Positions 25,924-34,730 of a stretch of 49,002 nt of DNA are shown here, one piece after another. Made by a program: the position numbers and the translations under genes. Below the pieces are notes generated by a model. It searched no databases and was not told where the DNA came from. It saw only the letters and a list, made by a program, of their open reading frames with translations. This DNA comes from Flavobacteriaceae bacterium (GTDB taxonomy: Bacteria > Patescibacteriota > Minisyncoccia > Phycocordibacterales > UBA1006), in NCBI GenBank assembly GCA_047614005.1, contig JBLHIK010000002.1, forward strand, positions 1 through 49,002, written 5' to 3'. Within the stretch, counting starts at the first letter, position 1; each line of letters begins with the position of its first letter.

Positions 25924-27258
25924 TTATTCTTCTGATGGTGCAACCACTTTTTCAGTTTCCACTGCTTTTGTTTCTTCTGCTTCCTCTTCCTTTTCTTCAG
26001 ATTCTTTAGAAGCAGATAGTTCTGCAACAGAATCTTCCTTTGCAGTTTCTTCAGGAGTAGGTTTTTCTTCAGCGGATTTCTTATTTACTTCTTCAGTAGA
26101 AGATATCTCTTCACTGGAAGCTTCTTTTTCAGCTTCAGCTTCCTTGAGAGCAACAGCTTCAGGTGAGATAACGTTGATTCTCCAGCCTGTAAGGCGTGCT
26201 GCAAGTCGAACATTTTGTCCTCCTTTACCAATAGCAAGAGAAAGCTGATCAGATGCAACCTCAACATGGGCAATATGCTCATTTTCGTCTATTTCAATAG
26301 CTAAAACTTGAGCTGGAGAAAGTGCATTTGCAATAAACTGCGCTACTTCTTCTTCCCATTCAATAATATCTATCTTTTCTCCGTTTAGTTCACTCATAAC
26401 AGTAACCACTCGTATACCTTTTTGACCAACACATGAACCGATAGGATCCACATTTTCATCATGAGAAACAACAGCTATTTTAGAACGACTTCCTGGTTCT
26501 CGTGCAATAGCCTTGATCTCCACTACTCCATCTTGTATTTCAGGTGCTTCAATAGCAAAAAGTTCACGCAAAAAGTCAGAATGAGTACGAGATACTTTTA
26601 AAGAAACACCTTTTCCACCTTCTTCTACTTCATAAAGGTATGCTTTTATACGTCCACCTTGTCGAAAATTTTCGCCAGGTATTTGTTCTTCTCGAGGTAA
26701 AAAGGCTGTTGCACGTGAAATATCAATGAAAACATTACCTTTTTCTATCTTTTGAACTGTTCCATTGATGATTTCACCTTCACGTCCTTCATATTCATCG
26801 AGGACACTTTCTCGTTCTGCTTCTCTGATGCGTTGCAAAATAACCTGTTTTGCAGTTTGTGCTGCTATTCGTCCAAAATCTTCTTCTGGCTCAAGCTCAA
26901 AAGCTATTTCTCCCCCTGCTTCAACATCAGTTTTGATTTTTTTAGCATCATCAAGAAAGATATGTGCTTCTTCATTGTATCGCACACGCAAGTCACCATC
27001 TTCAAGGAGAGGTGAATCCTCATCTTCGCCAATAACATATACATCTTCTGGTGAAACGATTTTTTTCACTTGCTCGTATACCACTGTTCCTGTATTGAAA
27101 TCAAGCTTTGCTCGTACTATTTGTCCTTTTTTTCCATAATCTTTTTTGTACGCTGCTGCCAATGACTGTTCTATAGCGTCTACTATCTTTTCTTTTGGAA
27201 TCTTGCGCTCATCTTCTACTGCTTCGAGGGCAACATTCAATGCTTTTATATCTAACAT
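25924..27258 (-). CDS. nusA: transcription termination/antitermination factor NusA with an acidic S/E-rich C-terminal tail
   Basis: N-terminal domain, S1 domain (GTVQKIEKGNVFIDI) and two KH domains (GQKGIRVVTV, IGKGGQNVRLAARLTGWRINV). The ATG at 27258 is preferred over the TTG at 27312. Confidence 0.9.
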   Translation of the reverse strand: MLDIKALNVALEAVEDERKIPKEKIVDAIEQSLAAAYKKDYGKKGQIVRAKLDFNTGTVVYEQVKKIVSPEDVYVIGEDEDSPLLEDGDLRVRYNEEAHIFLDDAKKIKTDVEAGGEIAFELEPEEDFGRIAAQTAKQVILQRIREAERESVLDEYEGREGEIINGTVQKIEKGNVFIDISRATAFLPREEQIPGENFRQGGRIKAYLYEVEEGGKGVSLKVSRTHSDFLRELFAIEAPEIQDGVVEIKAIAREPGSRSKIAVVSHDENVDPIGSCVGQKGIRVVTVMSELNGEKIDIIEWEEEVAQFIANALSPAQVLAIEIDENEHIAHVEVASDQLSLAIGKGGQNVRLAARLTGWRINVISPEAVALKEAEAEKEASSEEISSTEEVNKKSAEEKPTPEETAKEDSVAELSASKESEEKEEEAEETKAVETEKVVAPSEE

Positions 27259-27446
27259 ATTTAGTTGTGTATTAAATTGTCTATTAAAAAAGCCCGATTT
27301 TATATCGGACAATTACTATATAAATATATCAGACAGATAAAAAAAGTCAATTAAAGTCTGCTGCATGAGTAGGAACTTTTCCACAGAATATTTTTTCAAA
27401 TTTATATACTTTTTTTATATGCTATAATTTAAGTACAAAATTCATT

Positions 27447-27836
27447 ATGCAAACACCAAACAATAATCAACAAAAAGATGTACTCGATGAACTCAACACT
27501 ATAATGAGTGAAGCAGATACATCAGTACATAAAAAAGTAGTTATTACCGAAGAGCTCTCATTAGCTAGTCGTTCAAAATATTCTTTATATGTTGGAGTAG
27601 GAGTTCTCGTTCTTGTTGTTATTGCAGGGATTGTTGTTTATATTGACAGTAGGTCAAGCCGCATCGACGAAGGAATTTTCCCCGCTGAAGTTCAATACGA
27701 TATTTTAGCAGAAAATAAGCGTCGGTCAGGAGAGGTAAATATTTCAGAAGACGAGCAACGTTCTATGTCAGAAGCAAGTTCATATTCAGGAGATGTACCT
27801 TTTTCTTTTGAAAACCTAGGTCAACGACATAAATAA
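27447..27836 (+). CDS. single-pass membrane protein, hypothetical; first gene of the surface-protein operon
   Basis: One TM segment (LYVGVGVLVLVVIAGIVVYI). It ends 4 nt before the next gene. Confidence 0.55.
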   Translation: MQTPNNNQQKDVLDELNTIMSEADTSVHKKVVITEELSLASRSKYSLYVGVGVLVLVVIAGIVVYIDSRSSRIDEGIFPAEVQYDILAENKRRSGEVNISEDEQRSMSEASSYSGDVPFSFENLGQRHK

Positions 27837-27840
27837 ACAT

Positions 27841-29643
27841 ATGACAAAAAAACTTACACAATTTTCAGTTTTTATTTTCTCACTACTTTGTATTGTGCTG
27901 TTCTCTATCTCTCTATCTCATGCTGCACCAAACGACCCATCAGGACCAGTAGAGACTCCAAAAGACAGCACTGATTCGACTTTGAATTCTGCACAAAACG
28001 TACTAGGCTGGGCATGGGGTGCAGAAAACAACGAAGGCTCATCTGGGGTGGGATGGATTAGTTTTAGTTCAGAAAATAATGTTTCTAATGATACTTCTGT
28101 AGGAGGAGGTCGTCATACTATAGCTCTTTCAGAAAACATAGTATCAAAAGCTCATGCACAAAACAGCACTGCTACTTATGGAGTAAGCATGGAAAGCAAT
28201 ACAGGCGATATGTCTGGATATTCTTGGAGTAGTAACTATGGATGGATTAGCTTCAATCCAGAAAGTGTCTCTGGCTGTCCAGGAACAGGATCTTGTGCCC
28301 CAAGACTTGATATTGCAAACGGAGAATTACGCGGATGGGCACGATACTGCAGTGTCTTTGTTTCAGGATGTTCCGGAGCATTAAAATCCCAAAACCAAAG
28401 AGGAACATGGGAAGGTTGGATATCTCTGAGTTGTAAAGACACAAGCTGTACTGAGCGTGTTGCCAAAAACACAAATACAGAAAATTCAAAAATATTTGCA
28501 TTTTTATCTTCAAAAGTTCTCAAAATCAAAAACTTTTTTAATACAATAGTGCCTTATGTGAATGCGCAAACCTCTCAAGGAAAAAGTGAAGTAGGACAAG
28601 ATCCTGGTTCTGATGAAAATGTTTCTTCTCAAATGGTTGGTAATTACGGCATATATTTAAATACATCTAACTCCTCAGAACAAAAACTAGAAGGATTCGC
28701 ATGGTCAGGACATGCAGGATCTATTATGGATGGATGGATAGAATTCTCAGATGTTATTGTGGAGCTTGGTGACCCTGCTCTTTCTCTTTCTGCTGAACCT
28801 CTCGTGGCAACAGGACCATCATATGAAGTAAAACTCTTATGGAAATCCGATAATGAAAACAATTTTTCTTCATGTACTGCTAGCGCAGAAGATGTTTCTG
28901 GAAATCCTCTAGCAATAGATGATTGGAATGGATCTCTCTCTGCTTCTCAAATACCAAATAATACAAATGGATACGGCCCTTTTGAAATGTCTAACATTGT
29001 AGTTCCTCGAGACCCAACTATCTTTAAACTGAGCTGTATGGAAGCGGGTACTACTGTAGAGTCAAGAGTGCAGGTAGATTACTCAGAAGAAAATTCAGAT
29101 GTGCTTCTTTCTGCTATAAGCCCTGTTTATAGTGGCCAAAATACAGAACTATCATGGCAAATATCACCTTTGGTAAATAGTTGTGAATTCTCTGTTATTC
29201 CATCTGCTCCAAAACCAGGAACTGTCACATCATCTGGGTCTGAGTCTGTGGGACCATTGAGTGCTATATCTTCAAACAAAACATATACATATACTATTAC
29301 CTGCCAGACAGACAACGGAGAAGCTTCCAGTAGTACTATGGTAAACGTACTACAGTCGAGTATATCTCTATCAGGTGATTCTTGTGTGCTCAACAGTGGT
29401 GATATCGCACGCCTCTCTTGGAATGAAATACCAAACGGCTCATCTGTGAGTGGTTGTGATACAAACTGGGGAGGTTCTGTCCCATCATCAGGCACAGCGC
29501 AAATTCCTGTAAATAGCACCAAAGACTATTACATTAACTGTGATGATGGTATAGACTCCAATGTACACACCATAGAAGTCACCTCTCAGTGCTCAGGATC
29601 AGGTACTACTCCGGGTGATAATTTTAGATATATTGAGAGATAA
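27841..29643 (+). CDS. secreted repeat protein: four G[WYF]xW...GWI[SE]F motifs followed by three Ig-like modules
   Basis: Signal peptide, then GWAWG..GWISFS, GYSWSSNYGWISFN, GWARY..WEGWISLS and GFAWSG..DGWIEFS. Three C-terminal modules each carry L(S/L)W...SC...W.G. Confidence 0.7.
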   Translation: MTKKLTQFSVFIFSLLCIVLFSISLSHAAPNDPSGPVETPKDSTDSTLNSAQNVLGWAWGAENNEGSSGVGWISFSSENNVSNDTSVGGGRHTIALSENIVSKAHAQNSTATYGVSMESNTGDMSGYSWSSNYGWISFNPESVSGCPGTGSCAPRLDIANGELRGWARYCSVFVSGCSGALKSQNQRGTWEGWISLSCKDTSCTERVAKNTNTENSKIFAFLSSKVLKIKNFFNTIVPYVNAQTSQGKSEVGQDPGSDENVSSQMVGNYGIYLNTSNSSEQKLEGFAWSGHAGSIMDGWIEFSDVIVELGDPALSLSAEPLVATGPSYEVKLLWKSDNENNFSSCTASAEDVSGNPLAIDDWNGSLSASQIPNNTNGYGPFEMSNIVVPRDPTIFKLSCMEAGTTVESRVQVDYSEENSDVLLSAISPVYSGQNTELSWQISPLVNSCEFSVIPSAPKPGTVTSSGSESVGPLSAISSNKTYTYTITCQTDNGEASSSTMVNVLQSSISLSGDSCVLNSGDIARLSWNEIPNGSSVSGCDTNWGGSVPSSGTAQIPVNSTKDYYINCDDGIDSNVHTIEVTSQCSGSGTTPGDNFRYIER

Positions 29644-29663
29644 GCTAATACACTACTTATTAT

Positions 29664-30668
29664 ATGAAAAAAATACAAAACACAAACAAAATACTTACTT
29701 TGCTAAAAACTGGATTTACTCTCGCTACTTTTCTGCTTGTAAGTGGTGTCTTGCATGGAGCATGGAGCCAGCCTAGCTGTGCTCCTCCGGAATGTAATGT
29801 AGCTTTACCTATAAATGCATCAAAAGATTTCCAGATCAAAGGAGGAGTGAGTTCCTCTGGGGGTCTTTCTATTGGAGGGCTTTTATCAAAAAATATAAAT
29901 CTTATAGGTGGATTTGAAACATATTCACCAGGGTCTTCTACATCTGTTGGTCTTGAGGTGCTCGACACTGCTTCGTTTTACAATGATGCTACTTTTTCAG
30001 GAATAGTAGATTTTATATCTTTTCCAACTCCTGGACAAAAATATACCTCTAATGATACACTTTCTACTTATGATAATGCCGAAAACAACATAGTTTCTTT
30101 TGAAAGTGGTCTAAAAATAACTGGAAATGGTAATACATCTGGTAAATATTTAGGAACTTCAAATCAAAAAATAGCAATACAAGGATTAGGTAATACACAA
30201 GCTACTAGTTTTGATGAAACAAAATCACCTTCTGTAGTTACAGGGTGGCAAAAAACAGAAGAAGCCCAAAGAGAAATATCTCTTATTCCAAATCCTAGTA
30301 GTCCTGCTTCTCGAGTTGCATATGCTCAATATAATGCTAGCAAAGAACCTGACTATTGGTATCCTCATTCAGAAGATGGTGTATTTTATGGTGCAGTGCA
30401 ATGTGCTGAAGATGAAGTTATGATTGGAGGGGGTGGTAGTTGTGATCTCCCTCAGAATCTTACTGATTATCCTAGAAATGATGATTTATATAATTATCAA
30501 GGTGCGTCATTCTCATATTCATTTACTGAAAATCTTTATTATGATTATTATAATTCAACATCATCACGTAAACCCGATGTTGCATGGATTAAGGAATGCG
30601 TTCGACCTAAAACAAACCCAAACTCCAGTAGTGCTATTGTAAGAGTGTGGGCGCTTTGTATAAAATAA
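29664..30668 (+). CDS. secreted/anchored protein P1 of a three-member paralogous family; prepilin-like N-terminus
   Basis: LLKTG|FTLATFLLVSGVL, then WSQPSCAPPECNVALPINAS, then the C-terminal module CAEDEVMIGGGGSC...WIKEC...WALCIK. Confidence 0.7.
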   Translation: MKKIQNTNKILTLLKTGFTLATFLLVSGVLHGAWSQPSCAPPECNVALPINASKDFQIKGGVSSSGGLSIGGLLSKNINLIGGFETYSPGSSTSVGLEVLDTASFYNDATFSGIVDFISFPTPGQKYTSNDTLSTYDNAENNIVSFESGLKITGNGNTSGKYLGTSNQKIAIQGLGNTQATSFDETKSPSVVTGWQKTEEAQREISLIPNPSSPASRVAYAQYNASKEPDYWYPHSEDGVFYGAVQCAEDEVMIGGGGSCDLPQNLTDYPRNDDLYNYQGASFSYSFTENLYYDYYNSTSSRKPDVAWIKECVRPKTNPNSSSAIVRVWALCIK

Positions 30669-30669
30669 T

Positions 30670-31440
30670 ATGAATATGAATATAAATAATAAAAAAAGCA
30701 TCATAACACTCGTACTAGCTACTGTTTTGCTCGGAGGGATGTCTCTCGGAGCTGTTTCTTGGTCAGATAAACCATCATGTACTCCTCCTTTGTGTAATGC
30801 ATCGTCACCTATAAATACTGATACTACTGATCAAGTTAAAGGATATCTTGAAAATGGGAAGATAGCTACAAATACTTCTATTGTTCGAGGCCTCGCTCGT
30901 GCGCGGGACTATCTCGCAGCAGACAACCTTAATATCAATGAGAAATCATCTTTTTCAGGTGCAGTAGAAATATTTGGAGATGTCTCTTTCTCTGGAGAAA
31001 TGAAAATACCTTTTGATAAAATCGTTACAAATGGAGATACTCTTGATAGTCTATTTTATACAGATACTAACGGAGACGGTACCTTTTCACTTCAGGTTGC
31101 GCCTGATATTGCTATTAATGTTGTGTCACATAAAACAACATCCAATCCTAATACAAGTTGGAGACGAGCCTTATCTAGTGATTCTTATTCTAGCGGAACA
31201 AATACTATTTATACATCACATGTAGATGTTGGTTGCTTTCCTCAATTGCCTATTCTTATAGGTGGTGGTGGAAGTTGTGAAAATTCTTTTGCACTGAGAG
31301 AGCACTATAGTCATAATGCATCATATCCTATTTTCCAAAATGTATGGAGGCAAGAATGTGCTGCTGGGTCAGATACTGATGGTTCTTCTATCTCTGGTGA
31401 AACTCAAAGAAGTTATGCTTATGCAATTTGTAGTAAATAA
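30670..31440 (+). CDS. secreted/anchored protein P2, paralogue of P1
   Basis: TM/signal segment, then WSDKPSCTPPLCNASSPINTD, then CFPQLPILIGGGGSC...WRQEC...YAICSK. Its start codon begins 2 nt after the P1 stop. Confidence 0.7.
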   Translation: MNMNINNKKSIITLVLATVLLGGMSLGAVSWSDKPSCTPPLCNASSPINTDTTDQVKGYLENGKIATNTSIVRGLARARDYLAADNLNINEKSSFSGAVEIFGDVSFSGEMKIPFDKIVTNGDTLDSLFYTDTNGDGTFSLQVAPDIAINVVSHKTTSNPNTSWRRALSSDSYSSGTNTIYTSHVDVGCFPQLPILIGGGGSCENSFALREHYSHNASYPIFQNVWRQECAAGSDTDGSSISGETQRSYAYAICSK

Positions 31441-31445
31441 ATAAT

Positions 31446-33125
31446 ATGAAAAACACACTCAAAAAAATAATATTCTCAATTTTCATTACTAGCCTTTCTT
31501 TCTTTTTGCAGACAAGTGATACTTCTGCTGCAGAGGTAGGCTCTGGTGCTGTTGGTTTCAACCAGATTTGTTTCGCAGACACAAAAACAGATGGTTGTAG
31601 TGGTGGTATAAAAAGGAATTGGTGTCCAGAAAACTGCAACATCGCAGAGGATACATATACTGAACAAGACATACGAAGTATGTGTGGAGACAATACATGT
31701 CAGGCATGGGAGGCAGGAGCAGGATGGTTTGTTGAAGAAGGCTTGAAATCCGGCAACTATTATTTTGGAACAACATACGGAAGTACTCCAGGAAATCAAT
31801 CTCCTGATAATATATATCGCTATAATCATCCTAATTACCCCAATCCAGCAACTGCTCCCCAGGGGCATGTAGATGGAACTTCACATGGATGGGCTTCTGG
31901 CAATGGACCATATAGTCAAGAAGGTAAAAATGAGACCTATGATGATATTATTGAATGGTTGCATGATTTTAGTAGTGGTGGTGGTGATGGAAACCTTAAA
32001 GAGGTTATTTTTCCAGGAGTATGGAAACCATCCATTGCAGGTAGTGGTTTTTGTGGATCAAGAGGTTGTTCGGAAACAGCAAAAGAAAACTGGGAACAAG
32101 AAATGGGAAATGGTGCTGTTGGGACTGTTGCAAAATACCCTTATGTTTATTCAAATGGAGAACAAGTAAGTTGTCCTCAGGATTGTACTGCTGTATGTAA
32201 TTTTGATAACATATGTGATGTGAATATTGGAGAAAATATAAATAACTGTCCGAGTGACTGTTCTGGAAATCCACCGCCATCACCAACTACATGTGCAGAC
32301 GGTACTGTAAAAGAGGACAATCCGTATGGGCAATGTCCTTGTGCTGGAGTAGTGCCTACAGCATACCCTGGAGACTATCCAGACGGACAATGTCCAGTTT
32401 CTGGAAGCTGTACATATCCTGCGGTGGGAGGTTGGGTGCAGCCCCTCAAATCTCCTTCACAGTGTCATATAGGTAGTCCTCTCTCAGAAAATTCACAAAA
32501 CGAGTTCAAAGGTGTCGCTCTCAACGAAGGATCAATATCCGTAGGTACTTTGTATTCACGTACGAGTATCGAAGCAGGAGAGGTGAATGTGGGGGAAAAA
32601 GATTATATATTTCTTGACAAGCAAATTGAGTCAGACCTAGCTACTAATTTCAACATTTTCAAAAAATCTCTTTTCAAGGATATTGTATTTATGAACGACA
32701 CAAATAGTAAAAGAAACAACCACTCAACTGCCACCTTCACCAACTTCGTCCGTCTCCCTTCTACTATCTTCATACCAAATTCCATCCCAGGAGCACTCTT
32801 GCGCGCAGACTCCACAGGTACTCTCGTGCCTACTGCCGTAGATACTTCTCTGCGTACTACCTTTATAGAGAGGACTCTCAAGGTAAGTGACACGACGACA
32901 GATAGCGGTCCAGGAAAGATAGGGACTATCACCTGTCCAGTATCTCATCCCGTAGTGCTCGGAGGAGGAGGAGCATGTCTCCAAGGAGATTTGTTCAAGC
33001 CTCGTCATGGAGAGCTCATGCCGACTGGTAGTGGATGGCAACTCCGCTGTAACGAAGTCAAAGTACGACAAAACGGATATGATGACGCTATGAAGCTCAG
33101 CCTTATCTGTGGAAAAGCAGAATAG
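31446..33125 (+). CDS. secreted Cys-rich protein P3 carrying the same C-terminal module
   Basis: Signal peptide, a Cys knot motif CNFDNICDVNIGENINNCPSDC, a P/C-rich linker, and C-terminal CPVSHPVVLGGGGAC...WQLRC...LICGK. Confidence 0.7.
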   Translation: MKNTLKKIIFSIFITSLSFFLQTSDTSAAEVGSGAVGFNQICFADTKTDGCSGGIKRNWCPENCNIAEDTYTEQDIRSMCGDNTCQAWEAGAGWFVEEGLKSGNYYFGTTYGSTPGNQSPDNIYRYNHPNYPNPATAPQGHVDGTSHGWASGNGPYSQEGKNETYDDIIEWLHDFSSGGGDGNLKEVIFPGVWKPSIAGSGFCGSRGCSETAKENWEQEMGNGAVGTVAKYPYVYSNGEQVSCPQDCTAVCNFDNICDVNIGENINNCPSDCSGNPPPSPTTCADGTVKEDNPYGQCPCAGVVPTAYPGDYPDGQCPVSGSCTYPAVGGWVQPLKSPSQCHIGSPLSENSQNEFKGVALNEGSISVGTLYSRTSIEAGEVNVGEKDYIFLDKQIESDLATNFNIFKKSLFKDIVFMNDTNSKRNNHSTATFTNFVRLPSTIFIPNSIPGALLRADSTGTLVPTAVDTSLRTTFIERTLKVSDTTTDSGPGKIGTITCPVSHPVVLGGGGACLQGDLFKPRHGELMPTGSGWQLRCNEVKVRQNGYDDAMKLSLICGKAE

Positions 33126-33197
33126 GTATTGCTTTTATTCTAAAAATCTAGTATAGTAGTAAAGTTGTACTTTTACAACTTTAAAAAAAATAAACAA

Positions 33198-34565
33198 ATG
33201 AAACGTAAAATTTCATTGTTTTTAATTTCTTTTTTTCTTTTTTCTTTTCTTGCTCAAACAAGCTTTGCTCAAAGTGAGTGGACTCCTTCAAATGATTTTG
33301 AAGGAAAATTAGTTAATGAAGAATCATATATTGTTCAAGACAATATAATGTATTTTAGTACCTATCCTCTTGGTAATGATACTTTGTTTATTTTAAACAA
33401 AGATACAAAAATTATTACTTCACTAGGTGTTTCAGTTTCGTATTATAATAAAATACAAAGCATTTTGAATAATACCTTGTATTTTATTGCCAATACTAGT
33501 GATGGACAGAGAGTTCGTTCATTAGATCTTTTAGATAAGATGATACCTCATGCAGAGGACATTGTTTTATCAATAGGAGGTGGATCTATTAGTAGCGTTC
33601 AATCTTTTGAAAAAAATGGAGTGACAAAACTCCTTCTTTTGGGAAAATTTACTTCTATTGAGACAAACAGTGGCGTATATACTATTACCAACTGCGCATC
33701 CATTGATCTTTCTACGGGTGTGGTGAATGCTCCACACAATCCATTTATGGATTTATGGACAAGAACAAGTAGGCCAATGTTGCGAAAAAATGGAAATGTT
33801 GTTTTTCAATCTAATCATGATGAATTATTTTTTGTCTACAATCCTCAGTTAGATTGCATTATAGAGGCAGACCAGTATTTTCCTGACAAGAGTATCTCTC
33901 GTGATATTATAGAAGAACCTGAGCTTATTGGTCAATTAAATGACGAAAGACTAGTGTTTAGTATTAAAAAAAGTGCTAAGAGTGGTTATGAGAATGGCAG
34001 TCTGGCTATTCAAGATACTGTAAACAACACCACTCATTATTATGGAGAAATATTATCAGAAATGTCTAGTGGATATGGTTTTTCTGTTATTGGTGATTAT
34101 ATCTATAGTACATATGATAACTTCTATCAAAATAATGGGGATAGAGTAATTGGCAACTATGTTACCAGGCTTAATCTTCAGACAGGCTTGTTTGAAGTTG
34201 TAGGTAGTGAGTTTTCACACAAACCAATAAAAGTATACGGTGACAGTATTTTATATGTTGACGTTCCTGATGGAAATTCATGGTTTGTAACGTATAAATT
34301 CAACACTGAAACCGGAATCTGGGAAAATTCTAAGGCAAAAAAACTTGGACTATATCCCAATCCAATAAGTAACGGAGAGGTATTGCACCTTTCCGAATCT
34401 GTAGATAACTATACTTTGTATGACAAGACTGGTAGAGCTATCAAAGCAAATAAAACAGAAACAAAGACCATTGATATACAAAACCTACCTGTAGGTATAT
34501 ACAATATCGTGGCTAGCAAAAAAGAAAAAGAAAAAACATTTACCGGACGATTCATCGTTAAGTAA
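33198..34565 (+). CDS. secreted protein with a T9SS-type (Por) C-terminal sorting domain
   Basis: Signal peptide MKRKISLFLISFFLFSFLAQTSFA. C-terminus LYPNPISNGEVLHLSESVDNYTLYDKTGRAIKANK...IDIQNLPVGIYNIVASKK...GRFIVK matches the TIGR04183-like pattern. Confidence 0.7.
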   Translation: MKRKISLFLISFFLFSFLAQTSFAQSEWTPSNDFEGKLVNEESYIVQDNIMYFSTYPLGNDTLFILNKDTKIITSLGVSVSYYNKIQSILNNTLYFIANTSDGQRVRSLDLLDKMIPHAEDIVLSIGGGSISSVQSFEKNGVTKLLLLGKFTSIETNSGVYTITNCASIDLSTGVVNAPHNPFMDLWTRTSRPMLRKNGNVVFQSNHDELFFVYNPQLDCIIEADQYFPDKSISRDIIEEPELIGQLNDERLVFSIKKSAKSGYENGSLAIQDTVNNTTHYYGEILSEMSSGYGFSVIGDYIYSTYDNFYQNNGDRVIGNYVTRLNLQTGLFEVVGSEFSHKPIKVYGDSILYVDVPDGNSWFVTYKFNTETGIWENSKAKKLGLYPNPISNGEVLHLSESVDNYTLYDKTGRAIKANKTETKTIDIQNLPVGIYNIVASKKEKEKTFTGRFIVK

Positions 34566-34730
34566 ATAAAAATTAAAAACTCTAAGAGGATGTCGCTTTC
34601 TCAGAAAGCCACGCCTCATCGTTAAAGCTTTTAGCTTTAAAAAGCTCACCTATCATAACCTTGAGCAGTTATGTGTAGTGTGAGCTTTTTTATTTACGAA
34701 ATTTTTGAAAATGAGGTACAATGGAGATAC

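Noticed and set aside
34671-34730. N-terminal extensions in the ORF track (pilB from 34671; likewise recJ from 43284, rnhA from 45255, nusA to 27312, rsmA to 950)
   Set aside because: The extensions use non-ATG starts or overlap terminator hairpins or neighbouring genes, and they add non-homologous residues. Internal ATGs give canonical N-termini.
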